A DNA stretch of 64,000 nucleotides. Source: Octopus vulgaris. Its lineage: Eukaryota. The stretch is from assembly GCA_951406725.2 (NCBI GenBank), contig OX597842.1, positions 9,858,001 through 9,922,000 on the forward strand, in the 5' to 3' direction. Both the position numbers and the translations under genes were made by a program. Below are positions 1-64,000 of the stretch, piece after piece (within the stretch, counting starts at the first letter, position 1; each line of letters starts with the position of its first letter). Under the pieces are notes generated by a model. It had not been told where the DNA came from and did no database searches. It saw only the letters and a program-made list of their open reading frames with translations.

Positions 1-299
1 CCTTCCTTGTATGTCTCAACTGTACTGTTTTTGTTCCCAACTTTGACCCTCCATAAATCCTAAGTTGTATTTTAGAATTTATGGGACCTACATTGTTGTT
101 GAATGCTCGAAATGAGGAGTAGATAGACACCCAACAACTGATGAGGGGTCCTTTCTCTGTGCTTACTTGTCCTGTTTTCCATTTTTTTTCTCCCCTTGTT
201 TATGTATTTAATTCTTTTGTTTACGTATTTCATGTTGTTTGCACAGTTGGTGACGTCCTGTACCCATATATGCACATATATATAATATTTATTATTATA

Positions 300-470
300 T
301 CGTTAGCCACTACACACATTTTTCTCTCTTTGTTTTTTCTGTGTCCCTTTCTGTAGAAGAGCGTAGGCTCGAAACGTAAAAGACTTTTTCTATTCCTGAG
401 CGTTATACTAATACATCTGTTTGTTTTCTACACCACCCGTCTTCATCTTTTGTTATTTTCGTAAACTCTC
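300..470 (+). mobile_element. short interspersed repeat with a minimal hammerhead-like motif (possible Penelope-type LTR remnant)
   Basis: cttt-CTGTAGA-a-gagc(gtag)gctc-GAAA-cgta-aaag at 347-382; related copies at 13383-13620(-), 30690-30860 and 43598-43692 (3' part only). Confidence 0.5.
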
Positions 471-532
471 CCTATATATATATGGATATATATATATCAT
501 CATCATACACACACACACACATACACATATAT

Positions 533-563
<31 letters not shown>

Positions 564-680
564 ACACACACACACATATATATATATATGTGTATGATGA
601 TGATATATATATATATATACATTATGCATATATATATATATGTGTATTATGATGATATATATATATACATATATATATAT

Positions 681-727
<47 letters not shown>

Positions 728-745
728 CATATATATATATACATA

Positions 746-791
<46 letters not shown>

Positions 792-862
792 TATATATAT
801 ACTTACATACATACATGTATACATATATATATACTTACACACATGTATATGTATATGTACAT

Positions 863-932
<70 letters not shown>

Positions 933-972
933 ACACACACACATATATTTACATATACACACATATATCTAC
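470..972. repeat. (AT)n/(AC)n compound microsatellite
   Basis: seen directly; similar tracts occur throughout (e.g. 34688-34985, 27103-27215). Confidence 0.95.
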
Positions 973-1009
973 ACGCAACAGCAGTCCGCACCTACGCATC
1001 CCTGCTTCC

Positions 1010-1145
1010 AGGTCCAGTGACGTCATCAAGCATCGACTGCTACGAAGTGCAGACTGCGCCTGCGCCTCGTCTGTTCTACGCAGCTTCACTTCCGGCCCAA
1101 GCGCTCCCGCTTCGCTTCATTTGTTGATTGGCAACCAATCGGACC
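1010..1145 (+). promoter_or_regulatory. CpG-rich promoter/5' region with CRE, NRF1-like, ETS and paired CCAAT motifs
   Basis: TGACGTCA 1018-1025, TGCGCCTGCGC 1055-1065, CACTTCCGG 1087-1095, ATTGG 1127-1131 and CCAAT 1135-1139, in a GC island between microsatellites. Confidence 0.6.
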
Positions 1146-54525
<53,380 letters not shown>

Positions 54526-54539
54526 CACATGTGACTGGT

Positions 54540-56410
54540 CTTGGTCATCGCTGACCATAATACTCATGATATGTTTTGGCCTTTATTGGCCACACTTTTA
54601 ATCCTCTTGGTCTTGACTGACCATGGCCCTATGCAAGCTTGATCTCCATCGATTGTACCCCGGTCCAGAAATGACCTGGACTGATCATATCCTTATCCCT
54701 TGTCCACACTTTGTCTGGACTGACAGTATCCCTGTCCAGACTTAATCTGGACTAACCAGACCCTTGTCCACTGTTGTTCTCAACTGACCATGTCCCAAAC
54801 CAGACTTTGACCATACCCATGTCCAGACTTAGTCTGCACTGACTTTATTACTGTCCAGATTGCATCTGAACTGACCACATTCCTCTTCACTACTGATCTC
54901 TACTTACCATGCCCCTATCCACTCTTTGACCATATCCCTGTCCATTGTTTATCTCTGCTGGCCACACCCCTATCTACACTTGATCTGCTTTGACCATTCC
55001 CTTGTCCAGACTTAGTCTGGACTGACTATGCCCTTGTCCATTGGTCTTTATCAATCACACCCCTGCCCAGTTTTGGCCTTCACTGACCACACCTAACCCT
55101 CTTAGTCAACACTGACTATACTCCTGTCTAGTCTTGTTCTCTGCTGCCCACACTCCTGTCCAAACCTGATCTCCATTGATACCCCCCACCACTGTCAAGA
55201 CTTGTTGTCCTCTGACTACACCTCTGTCCTAACTTGGTCTTCGTTGACCACATCCCTATCCATCATAGTCATGACTGACCACACCGTTGTCAAAACTTGA
55301 CCACCTGTCCACTCTCTTCCCTTCTTGGTCTCAACTGGCCACATCCCTAATCAAACTAGGTTTTCAGTTGACCACAACTTTGTCCAAACTTGGCCTCCAC
55401 TGTTGACTCCTATCCCTCTTAACCCTTTTTGTTACCAGCCTGGCTGAAACCGCATCTGGCTCTGAGTACAAATGTCTTGTTTTCATGGATTCTGAATTTA
55501 AATTTTCCACCAAACCTTAGTCACAATTTATGTTCCTAAAACCAGCATTATGATAACTAAGTTATTTTACTAAATTCTTTGTTATATTTAAAATTAATTG
55601 AAAGAAACACAGAGCAACTCAACAGAAATATGGTAACAAAAGGGTTAATCTCTTGGCTCACCCCTGATCAAACTTGCTTTCCACTTGATCACCATACCCT
55701 TGTCAAGACTTGACCTCCACTGTCCACTCCCTTCTCTTCCTGGTCTCAACTTGCCATACTCCTAATCAAACTTGGTTTTCAATTGACCGCCCCCATCCCT
55801 CTTAATCTTGGTTGACCGCACCCCTGGTCAAACATGGTTCCCAGTTGACCACACCGTTGTCAAAAAATTGATATTTGCTGACCATCCCCATCCCTCTTAA
55901 TCTTGGTCTCAACTGGCCACACCCCTGGTCAAACATGGTTTCCAGTTGACCACACCCTTGTCAAAAACTTGATATTTGCTGACCATCCCCATCCTTCTTA
56001 ATCTTGGTATCGACTGGCCATGCCCTTGGTCAAACTTGGTTTCCAGTTGACTGCACCCTTGTAAAAACTTGGTCTTTGCTGGTCATGCCCTGTTCATCTT
56101 TGTCTCAACTGACCACACCCCTAATAAACATTGGTTTTTCCTTGCCCATTCCCTTGTCAAAACCCAGTGTTCACACAACACACCCTATCCATCTTGGGCT
56201 TGGTTGGCCACACCCCTGGTCAAATTTGTTGTTTTTTTTTCCCTGACCATATCCTTGTCAAGATTTGGCCTTCTCTGACAATGTACCCCTCCTGACAATC
56301 TGATATTTCATGAGCCACATTACTGACCATTCTTGGTCTCAGCTGACCATGGTCCCTTAATGAGCCCTTTCTTTTGATCTCATTTCAGCCAATGCTGACC
56401 AAAATTGACC
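54540..56410. repeat. degenerate ~33-bp satellite (ctgaccacacccttgtccaaacttggtc) immediately after the stop codon
   Basis: recurring tgacca/cttgtc motifs. Confidence 0.75.
55419..55648. mobile_element. piggyBac-like MITE (TTAA|CCC...GGG|TTAA)
   Basis: TTAA TSD splits a satellite unit (ccctcTTAAtct); copies at 62717-62943 and 62967-63170, partial copies at 4944 and 5907. Confidence 0.8.
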
Positions 56411-56524
56411 GTATCTTGGGAACATTCCTACTAACTGTGCAACCATTGAAAAAAAAACATGCTTGTCCCCTTGGGGGTGCTTTTGGTATACTGTCACCTC
56501 ATTTCATTCCCTTGAGTTCCTGCA

Positions 56525-58500
56525 TTGCTGCCACCACCGCCACTACCGCCACCACAACAACCATCACCACCACAACCATTGTCACCATCACCACAACTGC
56601 TGCTGCCACCACTATCACCACTACCACAACTACTGTCACCACAACCACGACCACCACAACGATCATCATCACCACTACCACCTCCACTGTCACCACCACA
56701 ACCATCACCATCATCACCACTACCACAACTGCTGTCATCACAACCACGACCACCACCACTACCACCTCCACTGTCACCACCACTGTCATCATCACCACCA
56801 TCCTTGTCATCACCACTACCACACCACCACCAGCATGAACATCACCATTACAACCATCACCATCATCACCACCACCACAACCACCGCAACCACCACCATC
56901 ATCATCAGTACCCTTTTCAGCCCTGCCTTAGCCATAGTCCCACTTTTTGATCCCAGCCCGTAGCCTACTAACTCCAACCAAACTCCTTACTCCCTGGACC
57001 AGGCTCCACCCCACCCCAACCTACCACCAACCCCTCTCCCCCACCTTATGGCTGTTCCGTTGTTTTTATTGTTGTTGTTATTGCTTAACCACCATGTCAG
57101 GCCCACACTTAACAGAAATTCCAAATATGACCACCCCAACATTACTGTCACATAGGGCAAATTGTATCTGGACTACGTTTACTAAAGGTTTGTGGGGGAA
57201 TTCAGCTGCTATTTCTGCAAGGCTTAGCTACCACTTGTTTCATTTTTCCTTCCCCCTCCTCCCCACATCCACCAATGCATTCATCTCTCCTCCCCCCTGT
57301 ATCCACCTGTGCATATCTCTCCTCCCACCAAACCCATTTATCGTTACCCCCTACCATCCACACTTACCTCCCCCCACCTCCTGTCCACCTACATATTCAT
57401 TCCTCCACCCACTCACCCACGCCCCCCCTCTGTCTTTCCAACCCTCCTCCCCCCATTTCTCTGCCAACGCATTTAATCCCCCCCTTCTTACCCCACATCC
57501 ACCAACAACACCAGCGCATTTGTCTCTCCTTCCTCCTGTCCATTCACCTCCATCCCTTCCTTCCTCTCCACATTCATCTGTTCCCCCCTCATGTCCACCC
57601 AGACACCTCTCCTCACACCCGCATGTCCACCACCAATCCCTTCTTTTTTTTTCTACCCTCCCCCCTTCTCTGTGAACACATTCATCTGCCCTCCCCCCTC
57701 ATTTCCCCTGATGCCACTGGCCCCAAGCCATTCATCTTCACCCCTTTCCTCTCCTCCACATTCATCTCCACCCCTCATTTCCACCCATATATTCATCTCT
57801 CCCTCCACCCTTATGTCCACCACCAATCCATTCACCTTTCCTCTCCTCCTCCCCCTTCTCTGCTAACACATTCCTCCGCCATCCCCACACATCCCCTAAA
57901 GTCACTGGCTCCTTTGTCTCCACCTCCACCCTGCCTGTTCCCATTCACCTTCACCCCTTGTCCTCTCCTCCACATTCATTTTAACCCCTTCATGTCCACC
58001 CACACATTCATCTCTCCTCACACCCCCTGTGTCCACCATTCATCTTTCCTTCCCTCCTCCCCTTCTCTGCCCACACATTCATGTGCCCTCCCCCTATGAC
58101 CCCTTATGCCACTGGCACCTTCATCTCTCCTCCCACCACTCCTTCATGTCTACCCATATGTTCATCTCTCCTCCCACCCAAATCATACCCACCAACACAT
58201 TCATCTTGCCCTATGCATCCCTCTCTTTCCCTCCCACCCATCCACCGACGCATTCGTCTCTCCTCCTCCTCCCTTCATCACCCTCGACACAACCATCCCT
58301 TTCCCTACCCCATACCCACCTTTCATCTTCCCCTATGCATCCACCTCTCCTCTCACACCATTCTACCCGACCCCATATCCACCGACGCATTTATCTCCTT
58401 CACAAAGGCCCACCCAAACTACTCAGCTCTCCACCACATCGTGCATCCCCCCTCTCCCGACCCAATCCTTCCTCCCCTGGACATTACCAGACTGGAATCC
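56525..58500. repeat. (CAC/CAA)n tract followed by a C-rich low-complexity region
   Basis: seen directly; a similar (ACC/ACT) tract lies at 53935-54260. Confidence 0.85.
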
Positions 58501-58574
58501 CCCCCACTTCATCCATGTATATTTTTATTATCCAGCAGTCATCATCTCTTAGCTGATCAGAAAGACCAGCATAT

Positions 58575-60855
58575 ATTAACTTACCTGTCACCATACAGGT
58601 GTGTTATGTTACACGCATATATAGACGATGTCATGAAGATTGGTTTGGAACTAACATGTCGCCAGAAATTAAACTGTCATCTTTACAGGTGTCTCATTAA
58701 CTTACCTGGTGTGTTGTTATCTTACCTGTCGTGAAAAATTATTTAATGCAACCATGAACCCAAAGCTTCACATCTTCAATGTGTTGCTACTTTCTGTTCT
58801 CTAGGGAGCAGAAATGTAGCCCCTCACAAAAGCCCTGACAACTTACCTGTCTGTCTTAAAATACAATTCAGTGTGATCTACAAATTTGTTACATGTTTTG
58901 AACTAACATGCAAGTCACCAGAACATCATGTCACCAGAAATTAAACTATCACTTTTACAGGTGTCTCATTAACTTACCTGGTGTATCGTTATCTTACCTG
59001 TCGTGAAAAATTATTTAATGCAACCATGAATGCACTTTAGTGCACTGCTCTGTCTCCCGAAAGACAAAGCTTCACGTCTTCAATGTGTTGGTACTTTCTG
59101 TTCTCCTCCATGGAGCAGAAATGTGGCCCCTCATAAAGGCCCTGACGACTTACCTGTCTGTCTTAAAATACAATTCAGTGTGATCATGTAATCAGAAACA
59201 AGGCTGTCAGGTGTGTCATCTAATTACCTGTCGTACATATCTTTTCAGTATCATGTAGTCAAAAAATAAATGACCACCTCTACAGATTTGTTACTACGTG
59301 TTTTGAACTAAGATGCAAGTTAACAGCATCATGTTACCAGAAATGAAACTATTACTTTTACAGGTGTCTCATTAATTTACCTGGTGTGTTGTTATCTTAT
59401 CTGTCATAAAACATGATTTAATGCAACCAGAAACATTAATTTACCTGTCATCATGCAGGTATGTTATTTTACCAGTCCAAAATAAAAGTTGTAAAAAAAG
59501 TTATACCTTGACACCAGAAACAAGACTCATTATATAGGTGTGTCATTGACATCATACAGGTATTTTGTTATCCTACTTTTCATCAGAAATGAAATTCACC
59601 ATACAAGTATGTCATTAATTTTCCTGTCATGAAACATTATTTAATGCAACCATGTAACCAAAAACTATCATCAAACAGGTATGTCATTCACTTACCTGTG
59701 TAAAACGCAAGTTAATGGTATCGTGCGACCAGGAGCAAGACTGTCACCATACAGGTATGTTGTTATCTTACCTGTCAAAAATAAATGTTAATACCTTGCC
59801 ACCAGAAATGAGACTGTTGCTATACAGGTGTGTCACTGACTTTCCTGTCATCATGAAGGTGTATTGTTATCTTACCTGTCATAAAATCTAATTTAATGGC
59901 ATCGTGTCACCAGAAATGAGACTGTTACCTTACAGGTATGTCATTATCTTACCTGTCATAAAATGTTATTAATGCAGCCATGTAACCAGAAACTATCAAC
60001 AAACAGGTATGTCGTTAACTTACCTGTATAAAACACAAGTTAATGATATTATTGTACCAGAAACGAGACTATACAGATGTCATTAACTTACCTGTCACCA
60101 TACAGGTGTGTTGTTATGTTACCTATCATCAAACAAAAGTTAATTTCATGGTACCAGAAACAAGACTGTCACCGTACAGGTGTGTCATTATCTTACCTAT
60201 CATCATACGTACCTGTCAGAAAATAAAAGATAATGGTATTGTATCACCAAAACTGAGAATATCACAAAACAGGTGTGTTGTTATCTTACCTGTGCAAAAT
60301 ATAATTTAATGGTATTGTGTCACCAGAAACAAGAAATCATTATTCAAGGTGTGTTAAATTACCTGTCAAAAATGCAAATTAATGATATTGGTAAAACTGA
60401 AATTCAACTACTAAAATTCCAGGTGTTTTATCAACTTACCTGTTATTAAGCATGAATAAATGTTATTTCACCAGAAACTAGACTATTACTAGTCCAGGTG
60501 TGATATTTATTTACCTATGTACAACACAAATTTGTGGTATAGTTTAATCAGAAAATAAAGTATCACAATTTCAGGTGTGTTCTTTACCTTACCTGTCATA
60601 AAACACAAGTCATTGGCCTCATGTAACCAGAAAGTAATCTTTCACAAGTCCAGGTGTGTTATTAATTTACCTGTATAAAACCAGAAACTGTTTAGGCACA
60701 GGAGTGGCTGTGCGGTAAGTAGGATGCTTACCAACCACATGGTTCCAGGTTCAGTCCCACTGCGTGGCACCTTGAGCAAGTGTTTCTACTATAGCCTTGG
60801 GCCGACCAAAGCCTTGTGAGTGGATTTCATGGACAGAAACTGAAGGAAGCCCGTC

Positions 60856-60893
<38 letters not shown>

Positions 60894-61560
60894 GTGTGTG
60901 TATGTATATGTTTGTGTGTCTGTGTTTGTCCCCCCAACATGGCTTGACAACCGATGCTGGTGTGTTTATGTCCCCGCCACTTAGCGGTTCGGCAAGAGAG
61001 ACTGATAGAATAAGTACTAGGCTTACAAAGAATAAGTCCCGGGGTCGATTTGGTTGACTGAAGGCGGTGCTCCAGCATGGCCACAGTCAAATGACAAACA
61101 ACTAAAAGGAAAAAAAGAATATAGTGAATATATTGATTTACCTGTATATAACCAGAAACCAGACTGATACCACTCCAAATGTTATTCTACCTGGCATAAA
61201 ACATCTGGTATCCTACCTGACATAAAACAGATGTTAAAGGAATTATATCACGTAAAACCAGACTATTACAATTTCAGGTGTGTTAATTAATTTACCTGTA
61301 TAAAACAAGTTATTGATATTGTGTCACCAGAGACTAGAATATTACCATTCTATGTGTTTTATTACCTTACCTGTCATAAAACACCTGGTATTTCATCTGA
61401 CATAAAATATAAGTTACAGGAATCATATTATTAGAAACTAAACTACTACAAACCCAGGTGTGTTAATTAACTTACCTGTATGAAACAAGTCATTGATATT
61501 GCATCACCAGAAACTAGAATATTACCTGTCATAACACACCTGGTTTTCACCTGACATTAA
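58575..61560. repeat. diverged ~80-bp satellite with caggtgtg...ttacctg cores
   Basis: TTACCTG recurs roughly 25-30 times by eye; interrupted by the SINE at 60694-61115. Confidence 0.8.
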
Positions 61561-61799
61561 ACATATACTCTTTTCCTCTTTTACTTGTTTCAGTCATTTG
61601 ACTGCAGCCATGCTTGAGCACTGCTTTTAGTTGAGCAAATCGACCCCAGGACTTATTCTTTGTAAGCCTAGTATTTATTCTATCGGTCTCTTTTGCCGAA
61701 CTGCTAAATTATGGGGATGTAAACACACCAGCATCAGTTGTCAAGCAATGTTGGGGGGGACAAACACAGACACACAAACATATACACACACATACATAC

Positions 61800-61832
<33 letters not shown>

Positions 61833-62004
61833 CATATATATGACGGGCTTCTTTCAGTTTCCGTCTAGCAAATCCACTCACAAGGCTTTGGTTGGCCTGA
61901 GGCTATATTAGAAGACACTTGCCTAAGGTGCCATGCAGTGGGACTGAACCCAGGACCATGTGGTTCATAAGCAAGCTACTTACCACACAGCCACTCCTAT
62001 GCCT

Positions 62005-62160
62005 ACTTGTTGCCAACCCTCGCCTTACTGACAGCGTCCCTGTACATGGCTTTCACAGCTCTCACTAACCATTCATCAATCCCTAGTTTCCTCATTGACC
62101 ACCAGATAAGGGTTCGGGGAACCCTGTCAAAGGCTTTCTCCATGTCAACGAAAGCCAGGT
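62005..62160 (-). pseudogene. RTE-clade RT fragment
   Basis: minus-strand translation LAFVDMEKAFDRVPRTLIWWSMRKLGI. Confidence 0.75.
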
Positions 62161-64000
62161 ACACATATATACGATGGGTTTCTTTTAGTTTCCGTCTACC
62201 AGGAATAAAGAAAATCTGTTCATCTGCTTAGCATCACCTGGTCAGGTATCTTATCTGGAGCAACACAACCCTTCCACACCAGATGACCTGATCATGTGAT
62301 ACAGCCTGAACATCTGGCTTGGGTTTTAGTTATATTCGTCTTTTGGTAGCTGAAATAATTCATCTGTGCATGCCATGACCACAGATGGTAGCAGTAGTTC
62401 ATTAACTGAACTGGTTGATTTTGGCTGTTAACAGTTTGTTGTCTGTTCATCTGCTCAGCCTCACCCAGACCAATGCAATTCTTCTACACCAGATGTCCTG
62501 ATCAAGCAATGAGGCATGATTCTCTAGCTTCTGCTTGAGTCATTGTTATGACGCGAGTATACATATCTGGTGTAAAATGGTATTACAAATATAAATAGTT
62601 GGTTGTGGTTTATCTAAAAATAACCTATCACAGAAATTATATGTTAACACAGAATGAACTCTGTATTATTTGAATGTAAGTACAATACTCAATATTCATT
62701 GTTCAACTACTGACTGTTAACCTTTCGTTACTGTATTTATTTTGAGATGCTCTGTGTTTCTTTCAATTACATTAAATATAACAAAGAATTTAGTAAAATA
62801 ACTTTGTTATCATTAAGCTCGTGTTAGGAACATAAATTGTGACTAAGGTTTGGTGGAAGATTTTAATTCAAAACTTATGAAAACAAGACATTTGTACTCA
62901 GAGCCAGAGGCAGTCTCAGCTGGGTTGGTACCAAAAGGGTTAAGAATTGTTTCACTATTATATATCTTAACCCTTTTGTTACCATATTTCTGTTGAGATG
63001 CTCTGTGTTTCTTTCAATTAATTTTAAATATAAGAAAGAATTTAGTAAAATAACTTAGTTATCATTAAGTTAGTGTTAGGAATATAAATTGTGACTAAGG
63101 TTTGGTGGAAGATTTTAATTCAAAACTTATGGAAACAAAGCATTTGTACTACAGAGCCAGAAAGGGTTAAAGCAACACACATCAGACTAACATGGTCAAA
63201 ATAACACCCTCAACTACCCCTTGACAGTCCACTCAATTCTTATTTATTGTGGTAGACCCAGGAAGACCTGGGATGAGGTTGTGAAGCATGACCTTCAAAC
63301 ATTGGGCCTCACCGAGGCAATGACTAGTGACCGGGACCTTTGGAAATATGCTGTGCTTGAGAAGACCCGGCAAGCCAAGTGAGACCATAACCTCGTGACG
63401 TACGCCAGGGGTGTAACCAGCCCACTTATGCATACCTTTCCTTCATTGGATACTAAATCTGCTTGCAAAGACCTGTTGAGACAATCGAAATCGAAATCAA
63501 ATTTGATGACTGGCATCCATGCTAGTGGAGTGCTAAGAGCACTATCCAAGCGGAATCGTTGCCAGTGGCATGTAAAAGCACCATATATATATATATGTAT
63601 ATGTACACACACGCACATAAATATATATGTGTGTGTACATATATAAATATGTACACATATATATACATGCATATATATATATATATAAATATGTACATAT
63701 ATATACACACACACACATATATATATATATATGCTCTTTTACTTGTTTCAGTCATTTGACTGTGGCCATGCTGGAGCACTGCCCCCAGTTGAGCAAATCG
63801 ACCCCAAGACTTATTCTTTGTAAGCCTAGTACTTATTCTATCGGTCTCTTTTGCCAAACCGCTAAGTTACGGGGACATGAACACACCAGCATCGGTTGTC
63901 AAGCGATGTTGGGAGGATAAACACACACATATATATATACATATATACGACGGGCTTCTTTCAGTTTCCATCTACAGAATCCACTCACAAGGCTTTGGTT

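Noticed and set aside
56374-56963. Mucin-like Thr-rich or His-rich ORFs
   Set aside because: A trinucleotide repeat open in all frames, downstream of the real stop codon.

Overview
AT-rich, microsatellite- and SINE-dense animal genomic DNA. The repeat content resembles Octopus (inference). Nearly all supplied ORFs are microsatellite or SINE artefacts. By hand-tracing GT-AG junctions I rebuilt one complete 23-exon + strand gene (ATG 1146, stop 54525; 2781 nt, 926 aa) with consistent reading phase at every junction. It encodes a type I membrane protein: signal peptide; a mature N-terminal His followed by a Cys-rich LPMO-like (His-brace) domain; about 4 degenerate CHRD-like repeats; a phytocyanin-like domain that has lost its type-1 copper ligands; one TM helix; and a short tail ending GFERF. 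The introns and flanks hold several SINE families, CR1- and RTE-like LINE fragments, non-autonomous Helitrons and MITEs. They also contain minimal hammerhead-like repeats, long hairpins, an inverted copy of the gene's own exon-7 acceptor 33 kb downstream, and a downstream satellite rich in (AC)TTACCTG motifs. Domain and family names come from motif recognition only; no search was run.
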